A DNA stretch of 64,000 nucleotides from an uncultured delta proteobacterium (GTDB lineage Bacteria > Myxococcota > UBA727 > VGSZ01): NCBI GenBank assembly GCA_963775425.1, contig CAVZJB010000008.1, forward strand, positions 32,001-96,000, written 5' to 3'. A model generated the notes under the pieces. The model made no database searches and was not told the origin of the DNA. It saw only the letters and a list, made by a program, of their open reading frames with translations. Numbering within the stretch: the stretch's first letter is position 1; each line of letters opens with the position of its first letter. Both the position numbers and the translations under genes were made by a program. This document shows positions 1 through 9,039 of the stretch, piece by piece.

Positions 1-394
1 GCGGCGACATGGAGAGGACGTCGGCGTTGTTGTCGAAGCCGCCGCCGAAGTCGTCGACGGGGAAGGAGGTGGCCGCGAGCTGCAGGTCCTGGCCGGTGAG
101 GTCGCGCAGGGTGTTGTCGAGCTCGAAGCGGTTGAGCCGGTGGAGGGTCTTCGTGCCGACGTCACACCCGGCGAGCTCGGCGGGCGGATCGGGCGTGAAC
201 GACGCCGGCAGCGGCGCCTCCTCGCTCGCGGCGGCGAGCGACGTGGGGCACACGAGGTCGTCCGGCGGCGGCAGCGGCTTTCCCGGGAAGAACGGCGACA
301 CGATGAGGGCGAGGGCGACGTCGCACCCGGACGCGACCGGCGCGAGGGCGAGCGCGGCGACGAGGGGCAGCAGGGAGCGCGGCGGGGAGCGCAT
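1..394 (-). CDS. Partial (N-terminus only) lipoprotein with DUF1587/PSD3-type domain (DUF1592-family multidomain protein)
   Basis: Manual translation from ATG 394 gives MRSPPRSLLPLVAALALAPVASGC (lipobox), then LHRLNRFELDNTLRDLTG...FPVDDFGGGFDNNADVLSMSP, the typical DUF1587 pattern. Runs off the window edge. Confidence 0.75.
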   Translation of the reverse strand, partial: MRSPPRSLLPLVAALALAPVASGCDVALALIVSPFFPGKPLPPPDDLVCPTSLAAASEEAPLPASFTPDPPAELAGCDVGTKTLHRLNRFELDNTLRDLTGQDLQLAATSFPVDDFGGGFDNNADVLSMSP

Positions 395-474
395 GGACCT
401 TCAGACACGGCCGGCGGCCGCCTGGGAAAGGTCGCACAGCGGCCGGATCTGCGCCCGCCGCGCCGCGTCGGCGC

Positions 475-873
475 TCAGAGCTGCAGGCGCAGCCAGCGCA
501 GCGCGGGCTCGATGCGGGAGAACACCCGCCGGGGGTGGGCCGGCGGGGCGCGCAGGTTGATCATGGTGAGCGCCTCGCGTTGCGCGGGCACCGGTCCGAG
601 CACCAGCGCCGCGACGAGGAGCTGCTCCGTGAGCGGCGCCGTCTCGCGGACGTAGTCGGCGGTCCGCTCCGTCTGCTCGCGTGTGAGGCCGCTGACGAAG
701 CGTCCGTCGAGCAACAGGCCGAAGCGCTTGCCGCGCGCGTACAGGCCGCTCATGCGGGCCGTGTACCGATCGAGGAAAGCGTCGTCGACGTTTTCCGGCC
801 AGCGCGCGACGACGATGGGCCAGTGGGACTCGTCGACGCCGTCTTCCGAATTTTTCGCGAGCTCGAACATCAT
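475..873 (-). CDS. Small STAS/SEC14 (SpoIIAA-like) domain protein
   Basis: C-terminal part of the 475..3201 ORF from ATG 873: WPIVVARWP...GLLLDGR...PRRVFSRIEPALRWL, a pattern typical of myxobacterial STAS/SEC14-like proteins. Confidence 0.6.
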   Translation of the reverse strand: MMFELAKNSEDGVDESHWPIVVARWPENVDDAFLDRYTARMSGLYARGKRFGLLLDGRFVSGLTREQTERTADYVRETAPLTEQLLVAALVLGPVPAQREALTMINLRAPPAHPRRVFSRIEPALRWLRLQL

Positions 874-980
874 GGGACCGTCCTCGGTCCCCCCTTGCGC
901 CGCACTATAGGCACGCCGGCGCGCCCGCGTGCGAGTGCCGTGCGAAGACGCGCAGCGCCGCCGCCCGGGGACGCGCGTGG

Positions 981-3167
981 TCAGAGGTGCGCGCGGAAAA
1001 ATGTCGTGATGGTCTTGTAGACGTGGAGCTGGCTCCGGCGGCCCGTGATGCCGTGCGCCTTGCCCGGGTAGATCGACAGGTCGAAGAGCTTCTCCTCGTT
1101 CTCCAGCGCCTCGATGAGCCGCAGCGAGTGCTCGAACAGGACGTTGTCGTCGGCGGTTCCGTGGAGCAGCAGGAACGGCTTGTTCAGGAGCTTGGCCCTC
1201 CGGACGAGGTTGGCGTTTTCGTACGCGGGCGCCTTGCCGTCCTTGCCCGGCATGCCGAGGTAGCGCTCGGTGTAGTGCGTGTCGTAGAGCGTCCAGTCCG
1301 TCACCGGCGCCACCGCGACCGCCGCCGCGAACGGCGTGCCCGCGTCGAGGATGGCGCGCGTGGACAGGAAGCCGCCGTAGCTCCACCCGAACACGCCGAT
1401 GCGGCGCTTGTCGATCCACGGGGTGCTCGCCACGACCTGCTTCACCGCGGCGAAGAGGTCCTTCACCTCGATGTCGCCGAAGGCGTGGTCGTGGGCCCGG
1501 GTGAAGGCGTGGTCGCGGCCCGCCATGCCGCGGTTGTCGACGAGGAACACCCCGAAGCCCTGCTCGGCCCAATAGGTCTCCATCGGAAAGCCGCGGCTCC
1601 ACGCGTGCGTCACCGTCTGCGCCGTCGGCCCGCCGTAGATGCTCACGATGAGCGGCGCGCGCTCCCCCTTGGGGCGCCGCGTGGGCGGCAACAGCAGCCC
1701 GTTGAGCTTCGTCTTGCCGTCGGCGGCGAGGAGGTCGAGCCACACAGGCTGCGAGTGCTCGACGCCGGCGAGCTCCGCGGCGGGGTTGTCGTCGAGGACG
1801 AGCACGGTCTTCCCCGTGGCGTCCAACACCTTGGTCTGCGGGGGGACGCCGAAGTCGGAGACGTGGTCGACGAAGAAGCGGCCGGCGTCGTCGAAGCCGA
1901 CCGCGTGCCAGCCGGGCTCGGGCGTGAGGCACACCGCGGCCGTCCCCGGCGCCGCGTTGCCCGGGGGATCGACGGGGATGGAGAACGCGCGCATCTGGCG
2001 TCCCCGATCGCGCCACGCGGTGTAGAAGACCACGCCGCGCTCGTCGTCGACGGCGGCGATGCGCTGCACGGGCTCGGGCTCGTCGGTGAGCACGCGCTGC
2101 TGCCCGGTCTTGCGATCGACGACGACGATCTGGCGCCGCCCGCTCTTCTCCGTGGTCCACAGCGCGCGCTTGCCGTCCTTGAGCGGGATGAAGTCGTCGG
2201 TGAGCTCCACCCACGTGTTGTCCTTCTCGACGACGACGTCGTGCTTGCCCTCGAGAACGCGCACCGTCTTCTGATCGCGGCTCTGCCATTCGAGCCAGGG
2301 CGCGCCGTCGGGGAAGAAGCCGGCGCGCGGCAGGTAGCCGTCCTCCGCCGGCTGCCACAGCTTTTGCTTTCTGCCCGACAGCTCGATGAGCCACGGCGTC
2401 ACCACCGCGTTGTTCTCGCCCGCGGCGGGGTAGCGCTGCTCGAACATCTCGGTGTGGTCCGCGAAGATCTGCGCGCGCACCTTCTTGCCGACGGGCGTCT
2501 CGTCCACCTCGAACACCAGCAAGGACTTCCCGTCCGGCGACCACCACATCCCCGCGTGTCGATCCATCTCCTCCTCGGCGATGAATTCCGGCAGGCCGAA
2601 GTGGTGCACGGCGCTGCCGCCGTGCGTGAGCGCCTGCGTCTTGCGCGTGGCGATGTCCATCACGACGACGTCGTTGTTCTTGACGAACGCCACCTGCTTG
2701 CCGCTCTTGCTGCACACGGGGTTCAGCTCGGGGACGTCCTCGTCGTGCGTGAGCCGTGTGACCAACCTGTCGGCGAGCGTCACGTAGTACAGGTCGCCGG
2801 AGAGCGGAAAGATCACGGCCTTGGCGTCGTGGCCGCACCACAGGTAGCCCGTGATGCCGCGCGTGCGGATGCGCTTGCGCTCGAGGGCCATGCGCTCCTG
2901 CTCGGTGAGCTTCTGCGCCTTGCCGCCGAGGAGGTCGTCGGTGGCCACCAGCTTCCGGGGCGTGCCCGAGGGGAGATCCGCCCCCCACAGGTCGAGCACC
3001 TCGCTGTCCTTCTCGCTGCCCTTGAGGAACGTGACGCTCTTGCCGCCGGGCGCGAGCTGCAGCGCGGCCGGCGCGCGCCCCGCGAGCGGCGGGTCTTCGA
3101 AGATGCGCTCGAGGCTGAGCTCGTGGGCGGGGGCGAGGGCGATGACGAGGGCGGCGAGGGGGAGCAT
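981..3167 (-). CDS. S9B family dipeptidyl-peptidase IV
   Basis: Signal peptide, beta-propeller region, GWSYGG nucleophile, HGTADDNV and C-terminal His (GKAHG). Confidence 0.93.
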   Translation of the reverse strand: MLPLAALVIALAPAHELSLERIFEDPPLAGRAPAALQLAPGGKSVTFLKGSEKDSEVLDLWGADLPSGTPRKLVATDDLLGGKAQKLTEQERMALERKRIRTRGITGYLWCGHDAKAVIFPLSGDLYYVTLADRLVTRLTHDEDVPELNPVCSKSGKQVAFVKNNDVVVMDIATRKTQALTHGGSAVHHFGLPEFIAEEEMDRHAGMWWSPDGKSLLVFEVDETPVGKKVRAQIFADHTEMFEQRYPAAGENNAVVTPWLIELSGRKQKLWQPAEDGYLPRAGFFPDGAPWLEWQSRDQKTVRVLEGKHDVVVEKDNTWVELTDDFIPLKDGKRALWTTEKSGRRQIVVVDRKTGQQRVLTDEPEPVQRIAAVDDERGVVFYTAWRDRGRQMRAFSIPVDPPGNAAPGTAAVCLTPEPGWHAVGFDDAGRFFVDHVSDFGVPPQTKVLDATGKTVLVLDDNPAAELAGVEHSQPVWLDLLAADGKTKLNGLLLPPTRRPKGERAPLIVSIYGGPTAQTVTHAWSRGFPMETYWAEQGFGVFLVDNRGMAGRDHAFTRAHDHAFGDIEVKDLFAAVKQVVASTPWIDKRRIGVFGWSYGGFLSTRAILDAGTPFAAAVAVAPVTDWTLYDTHYTERYLGMPGKDGKAPAYENANLVRRAKLLNKPFLLLHGTADDNVLFEHSLRLIEALENEEKLFDLSIYPGKAHGITGRRSQLHVYKTITTFFRAHL

Positions 3168-3227
3168 GGCCGAACGCTATGCGGCGGACGGTTTGAATCA
3201 AGCCCGCATAGGTGTTAGCTCGCCGCC

Positions 3228-4424
3228 ATGCGCTTCCTCGTCGTTGCTCTCGTCGTCACCAGCGCCGCGGCTGCATCCGCGACCCCCAGGTTCGTCGGGT
3301 GGAGCCCGTCGGGCGGCTTCGCCTGGTTCGCCGACGGTGCCGCCGTGCAGGTCTGCCGGGTCGACAAGACCGACGTCCCCGACGGCTGGCCCGAGGGCGC
3401 CTCGGTCGGACCCGGCGCCGCTTGCGGCGACGTGCCCGCGCAGCTCGACGGCGCGGCCGCGCTCGACGCCGCCAAGAAGAACGTCAAGGGCAGCCGCGCG
3501 CTCGCCAAGAACCCCTACGGGCTCGAGGTGAAGATCGAGGACGCCGACGGCAAGCCCACGGTGCTCGTGATGGACGGCCCCGACAAGAAGCAGCCCCTGG
3601 GCGACGCCGGCGAGGCGTCCGTCGCCGACGTGAAGTGGCGCCCCGACGGCAAGGCGGTCGCGGTGACGCTCGTGAACAAGAAGGACAAGACCGGCTCCGT
3701 CATCGTCGACGCCGTCGACAAGCTCCTCGTCGGCGGCCGCGCGGGTCACAAGCTTGCGCAGAAGCTCTACGGCGACTCGCAGAAGCTCTACAAGAAGCGC
3801 GACTGGGCCGGCGCCGGCCGCATCCTCGAGGACGCCATCACCGCCGACCCCGACTGGGCCCCGGCGCGCTACGCGCGGGCCGCCGCCGAGGCGCAGGGCG
3901 GCATGGGGCGCACCGCGATGATCGACAACCTGCAGTGGCTGAAGGAGCACGCCGACAAGGACAAGGAGGCCAAGAAGCTCCTCGCCAGGGCCAAGAGCGA
4001 CAAGGCGTTCGACGCGTGGATCGGCGACCCCGAGGTGCGCGAGCTGGTGGGCATGCCCAAGGTCTCGTCGATGGACGTGCCCGCGCGGCTGCTCGAGCGC
4101 GACGGCGTGTGGACCGCGCAGGGCGCCACCTGCAAGACCCCGTGGCTCACGCTGCAGTTCAAGAAGGGCGGCGCCGCGCGCCTCACCGTCGCCGAGTCGT
4201 GCAAGGGCAAGAAGACGTCCAAGGCCGTGGCGGCGGTGCTGAAGCAGACGCCGGCGGGGCCGTTCTCGCTCGAGCTGAAGAAGGCCGTCGACGGCGTACC
4301 GCAGAAGAGCACCCTGGTCCTCGACGACACCTACCAGCAGCTCAAGCTCCAGCCCGACGGCGACGGCGACGCCGTCGGCACCTTCGAGCCGGGCGGTCCG
4401 CGCCTCGAAGACAGCACCCTGTGA
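3228..4424 (+). CDS. Secreted hypothetical protein with a TPR-like segment
   Basis: Signal peptide, GC3-rich codon use, TPR-like LEDAITADPDWAPARYARA. Confidence 0.7.
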   Translation: MRFLVVALVVTSAAAASATPRFVGWSPSGGFAWFADGAAVQVCRVDKTDVPDGWPEGASVGPGAACGDVPAQLDGAAALDAAKKNVKGSRALAKNPYGLEVKIEDADGKPTVLVMDGPDKKQPLGDAGEASVADVKWRPDGKAVAVTLVNKKDKTGSVIVDAVDKLLVGGRAGHKLAQKLYGDSQKLYKKRDWAGAGRILEDAITADPDWAPARYARAAAEAQGGMGRTAMIDNLQWLKEHADKDKEAKKLLARAKSDKAFDAWIGDPEVRELVGMPKVSSMDVPARLLERDGVWTAQGATCKTPWLTLQFKKGGAARLTVAESCKGKKTSKAVAAVLKQTPAGPFSLELKKAVDGVPQKSTLVLDDTYQQLKLQPDGDGDAVGTFEPGGPRLEDSTL

Positions 4425-4449
4425 CGTCGCGGGTGCGCGGGGTGCGGGC

Positions 4450-5511
4450 GTGACCGACCTGATGCGCTCCATCCTGGTGCGGGACGCGCTGCGGCCGTTC
4501 TTCCTCGACGCCGCCGGCCTGCACATCCTCGACCAGCGCGCGCTGCCGCTCGACGAGCGCTGGCTCGTGTGCACGACGCTCGAAGAGGTGGCGCGCGCCA
4601 TCGAGACCCTGGCCGTGCGCGGGGCCCCCGCCATCGGCGGCGCGGCGGCCTTGTGCATGGCGATGCTCGCGCGCGCGTCCGCCGCGGGCACCACGGCGCT
4701 CGAGCGCGTCCTCGAAGAAGCCGACGCGCGCTTGCGGCGCACGCGGCCGACGGCGGTGAACCTCTTCGCCGCGCTCGACGCGGTGAAGGCCGCGCGCGTG
4801 ATCGCGGGCGACCGCGGCGACTTCGCCCCCGACGAGGAGGCTCGCGCCATCGCCGCCCGCGTCGTGGACGCCGCCGAGCGCGTGGTCCTCGACGACGAGG
4901 CCGCCTGCGCGGCGATGGGGGAGCACGGCGCGGGTCTGTTGAAGGATGGCGACGTCGTCATCACCATCTGCCACACCGGCGCGCTCGCCACGTGCGGCCA
5001 GGGGACGGCGCTCGGCGTGGTGAAGTCGGCGCGCGCGCGCGGCAAGGACGTGCGCGTGGCGGCGCTCGAGACGCGGCCGCTGCTGCAGGGCGCGCGGCTG
5101 ACGGCGTGGGAGTGCGCGCGCGAGAAGATCCCCTGCACCCTCATCACCGACGGCATGGCCGCGTACGCGATGGCCAAGCTCGGCGTCACGCGCGCGCTCG
5201 TCGGCGCCGACCGCATCGCCAAAGACGGCGCCACCGCGAACAAGATCGGCACGTACGCGCTGGCGGTGGCGGCCAAGCACCACGGGGTGCCGTTTCACGT
5301 CGTGGCGCCCACGTCCACGTTCGATCCCGTCGTCGACGACGCGGCCGGCATCGTCATCGAGCAGCGCGCCGCCGACGAGGTGCGCACCGCCCGCGGCCAA
5401 CCCCTCGCGCCCCACGACGCTCCTGTGTGGAACCCCGCGTTCGACGTCACGCCGCCCGCCCTCATCGAGAGCTACGTCAGCGAGCGCGGCGTCCTCCGCC
5501 CGCCCTTCTGA
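4450..5511 (+). CDS. mtnA: S-methyl-5-thioribose-1-phosphate isomerase
   Basis: LDQRALP, VRGAPAIG, TRPTAVNL, CHTGALAT, ETRPLLQGARLT, GADRI, ANKIGTY and NPAFDVTP motifs. Confidence 0.95.
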   Translation: MTDLMRSILVRDALRPFFLDAAGLHILDQRALPLDERWLVCTTLEEVARAIETLAVRGAPAIGGAAALCMAMLARASAAGTTALERVLEEADARLRRTRPTAVNLFAALDAVKAARVIAGDRGDFAPDEEARAIAARVVDAAERVVLDDEAACAAMGEHGAGLLKDGDVVITICHTGALATCGQGTALGVVKSARARGKDVRVAALETRPLLQGARLTAWECAREKIPCTLITDGMAAYAMAKLGVTRALVGADRIAKDGATANKIGTYALAVAAKHHGVPFHVVAPTSTFDPVVDDAAGIVIEQRAADEVRTARGQPLAPHDAPVWNPAFDVTPPALIESYVSERGVLRPPF

Positions 5512-5602
5512 GCGCGGGCGGTCTCGGGGGCGGCGAAGGCCGTCGCCGTCGTCACCGCGGCGAGGGCGCAGAGGGCGAGCCAGCGGCCGCGCGCGCCGGC
5601 GC

Positions 5603-7237
5603 TCACGAGGGCGGGATCTCCACGGTCCGCTCGACGGTGCGGCCCGACGCCACCTTGAGGTCGGAGAACACGTGGGTCTCGCCGCTCCTGACGACGACGA
5701 GGGTGTACGCGCCCGGCGGCAGGTACGCGTCCTGGCCGGCGGGCACGGAGACGAGCGCGTCGCCGGGTGGGATGGGGAGGGCCCCCGTCTTGTCCGGCTT
5801 TTGCGCTTTGTCGGCCTTGAAGAAGCGCACCTCGGCGGGGACGGCGACGCCTCCTTGGAACACCTGCACCACCGCGGTGCCCACGTCGAGGTTCAGGCGC
5901 ATCGAGAGGCGGGAGCCGAGGGCGAGGGAGACGTCGTGGGCCGTGACGATGTCGCCCTGCGGCGCGTGGAAGATCGCCTTGACGGACACCTTGCCCGCCG
6001 ACAACGAGAACGAAGCTTTGCCGTCGGCGTCGACGGTCTTTTTGGCCACGGGGACGTCGTTGCCGGGGGCGTCGATCTCCACCTCGATGGACCTGGAGGC
6101 GGCGCCGGGGGCGTGCCCGCCGAGGACGGTCCTGGTCTCGAGGCGCGCCGAGGTGACGTCGAGGGTGACCGCGCGCTGCTCGCCCGCGTGCACGCGCACC
6201 GTGGCCGTGGCCTTGGGCGGCGTCCCGTCGTCTCGCCGGGCGTCCTTGCGGACGGCGCCGATGACGAACGTGCCCGCCGCCACGCGCAGCACGTCGCCGA
6301 CGGCGGCGGTGTTGAACGGCGCGGGCGCGCCCGGCGTCGACAGCTCGATGTCGATCTGCGCGTCCGCCGGCGGCGCGTGGCCGTCGACGAGGACGCGCGG
6401 CCGGATCACCGCCGTGTGGTGCGCCACGTACTTCGTGGTGGCCCTCTTGGGCCGGATGACGACGTTCCTGGTCAGCACCTCGGAGAAGTCGTAGGTGTCG
6501 TCGAGCTGCGTGACGAGGTCGTAGGTGCCCGGCGGCGCCTCCCCCTTCTCCCCCGCGTGCAGCTCGATGAGCCGCGTCTTCTGTCCCGGCGCGCGCAGCG
6601 CGGCGACGCCGCCCGCCTTCCGGCCGTTGTCGCTGAGGAACACCGTGAGCGTGCCGTCGGTGGTGTCGACGGTGACGGTGCTCTTGTTCTTCGCCGCGAT
6701 GCGCGCCTCGGCGTTGCCGAACACCGGGCGCGTCGACCCCGGGTCGTCGACCTTGGCGAGCACGCGGACCTTCCCCGGGCACAGCGGGATGACCGCCTTG
6801 TCCGTGGCCGACGCCACTTCGTGGCCGCGGTCGTCGAACACCGTGATCTCCGCGCGCACCGGCGTGTCGAAGCGCAGCACGTTCACGAGCAGGAACCCCG
6901 GGTCGAGAGACACCGGGACGCTGATCTCGCCCCGCTTGGCGACGATGGCGGCGCTCTTTTTCACCGTGCCCTCGTCGCTCGGGCAGGCGACGACGGCGTC
7001 GTATTTGCCGGGCTCGAGGTTCACCTGCTTGCCGGCGTCGAGCCCGGTCTGGTCGGCGTCGGCCTCGCCGGCCCGGTAGACGTCGACGGTGCAGGCGCCG
7101 GTCCACTTGACGTCGCCCTCCTTCTTCACGTCGAAGCTCACGGCGACGGTGGGTGTGTCGTCGCCGCTCTCGACGCCGGCGGCGGGGGCGGCGCACACGA
7201 GCAGGGCGAGGGCGGCGGCGGGCTTCAGCGCGATCAT
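5603..7237 (-). CDS. Secreted beta-rich hypothetical protein (repeated Ig/carboxypeptidase-regulatory-like modules)
   Basis: Signal peptide from ATG 7237; repeated xPGxYxL(V) motifs (EPGKYDA, PPGTYDL, PPGAYTL). Confidence 0.7.
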   Translation of the reverse strand: MIALKPAAALALLVCAAPAAGVESGDDTPTVAVSFDVKKEGDVKWTGACTVDVYRAGEADADQTGLDAGKQVNLEPGKYDAVVACPSDEGTVKKSAAIVAKRGEISVPVSLDPGFLLVNVLRFDTPVRAEITVFDDRGHEVASATDKAVIPLCPGKVRVLAKVDDPGSTRPVFGNAEARIAAKNKSTVTVDTTDGTLTVFLSDNGRKAGGVAALRAPGQKTRLIELHAGEKGEAPPGTYDLVTQLDDTYDFSEVLTRNVVIRPKRATTKYVAHHTAVIRPRVLVDGHAPPADAQIDIELSTPGAPAPFNTAAVGDVLRVAAGTFVIGAVRKDARRDDGTPPKATATVRVHAGEQRAVTLDVTSARLETRTVLGGHAPGAASRSIEVEIDAPGNDVPVAKKTVDADGKASFSLSAGKVSVKAIFHAPQGDIVTAHDVSLALGSRLSMRLNLDVGTAVVQVFQGGVAVPAEVRFFKADKAQKPDKTGALPIPPGDALVSVPAGQDAYLPPGAYTLVVVRSGETHVFSDLKVASGRTVERTVEIPPS

Positions 7238-7332
7238 GTCCCGAAGCCTCCGCCCGCTGGCGCGCCGGGGGCAAGCCCGGAGCGCAGGGAACCCCGCTGA
7301 CAAGGGGCGCGCGAGACGTCAGGTTCGCGGCG

Positions 7333-9039
7333 ATGGACTTCGTCGAGGAACGCCGCGAAGGCTTGCGCTGGCTCGCGCAACTGCGCTGGTGGGCGCTCGG
7401 GGGGACGCTCGCCGGCGTCGTCGTCGCGCTCGGGCTCAACTGGACCTTCGTCGACACCAAGGCGCTGTCCGGCGGCGTCGTCGTCATGGGCCTCGTGAAC
7501 CTGGGCCTCGTGTGGCGCGTGCGCCGCGAGGCGGACGTCGGCAAAAACGAGCTCTCGCTGCACGCCACGGCGGACCTGCTCTTCCTCACCTGGCTCCTGG
7601 CGTGGTCGGGCGGGGTGACGAACCCCATCTCCTTCGCCTTCAGCTTCCACGTCGTCCTCGGCGCGCTCTTGAACGGCCGCCGCGGCGCCGTGGCCTCCAC
7701 CCTCGCCTCGCTCGCCTGCATCGCGTTCCTGTCGGTCATCGACGAGACGCACCTGCTCCCGGTGCCCGCGCTCGAGCACCCGCCGCGCACCCTGTGGGTG
7801 CTCTCCCTCGGTCTCCTCGTCGCGGGGCTCGGCTACCTCGCCCTCGTCGTCGCCGAGCGGCAGGCGGCGCAGAACCGGCGCCTCGTCGAGGAGCGCAAGG
7901 AGGCCACCAGCAGCGTCGCGCTCCTCCTCGAGAGCCTCGAGGCCTTGCAGGTCGGCCTCGACCTCGTCGGCGCCGACGGCGCCTCGCAGCTCAAAAACGA
8001 GACCGCGCGCGCCCTCGAGGGCACGCCGCAGGCGGCGGAGGCGGCGCGCTCGGTGGAGAAGATCGAAGGGGATCAGGCGGTGCTGCGCCGCTTCGCCGTC
8101 GGCGGCCAGATCGGCGAGGGCGCGCACCCGCCCGGCCAGGGCAACGAGCGCATCATCGACCTCATCGCGCTGCCGCCGTCGCAGGCGCGCCCGGCGCGCG
8201 CGCTCCTGTACGTCGACCGCACCGACGAGCTCCTCGTCGAGCAGCGCCACGTCATGCTCGAGCGCCTGGCCACGCTCGGCCGCGCCATGCAGGGCGTCGC
8301 CCACGAGCTCAACACGCCGCTCACCACCATGCAGACCCTCGGCAAGGACCTGCGCGCCGCGCTCGCGGACGCGCCCCTCGACGAGAGGCTGCGCGTCGAC
8401 GTCGAGGAGTCCCTCTCGCTCCTCATCGACGAGTCCAAGCGCTGCCGCGCCCTCACGCAGGCCCTGTTGTCCCGCGCCGACGACGGCCGCGCCGGCGCCC
8501 GCGGCGCCGCCCCGAGCCTGCTCGACGTCGCCCGCCGCGCCGTGCGCCTCGTGGCCCCCACCGAGGAGGGCGACGACGTCGACATCGACGAGGTGACCCT
8601 CGCGCTGCCGTGCCCCGTCGACGGGGATCGCGTGCTGCAGGTGGTGATGAACCTCGTGCAGAACGCCCTGCGCGCCACGGTGGAGCAGCGTGGCGACGGC
8701 CGCGGCCCCCGGGTCACCGTGCGCGCAGAGCGCGCAGAGCGCGCCGTGGTGGTGCGCATCGTCGACCGCGGCCCCGGCCTGCCCGACGAGGTGCGGGCGC
8801 GCTTGTTCGAGCCCTTCGTCACAACCCGGCCCGTCGGGGAGGGCACCGGCCTCGGGCTGTACACCTCGCAGCGCATCGCCCACGAGATCGGCGGGTCGCT
8901 CGCCATCGAGGACGCGGCCGGCGGCGGCACCGTCGCCGTGCTCACGCTCCCGGCCGGCGGCAAGGCGATCGACCGCGAACCGCCCCCGCCCGCGCCGCGC
9001 TTGGCAGGGCCCGGCGGCCCGGCTAGGAGGGCGTCATGA
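7333..9039 (+). CDS. RegB/PrrB-like membrane sensor histidine kinase
   Basis: N-terminal LRWW, TM helices with SGGVTNP (RegB GGxxNPF-like), H-box AHELNTPL, N-box NLVQNA, DRGPG and GTGLGL. Confidence 0.85.
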   Translation: MDFVEERREGLRWLAQLRWWALGGTLAGVVVALGLNWTFVDTKALSGGVVVMGLVNLGLVWRVRREADVGKNELSLHATADLLFLTWLLAWSGGVTNPISFAFSFHVVLGALLNGRRGAVASTLASLACIAFLSVIDETHLLPVPALEHPPRTLWVLSLGLLVAGLGYLALVVAERQAAQNRRLVEERKEATSSVALLLESLEALQVGLDLVGADGASQLKNETARALEGTPQAAEAARSVEKIEGDQAVLRRFAVGGQIGEGAHPPGQGNERIIDLIALPPSQARPARALLYVDRTDELLVEQRHVMLERLATLGRAMQGVAHELNTPLTTMQTLGKDLRAALADAPLDERLRVDVEESLSLLIDESKRCRALTQALLSRADDGRAGARGAAPSLLDVARRAVRLVAPTEEGDDVDIDEVTLALPCPVDGDRVLQVVMNLVQNALRATVEQRGDGRGPRVTVRAERAERAVVVRIVDRGPGLPDEVRARLFEPFVTTRPVGEGTGLGLYTSQRIAHEIGGSLAIEDAAGGGTVAVLTLPAGGKAIDREPPPPAPRLAGPGGPARRAS

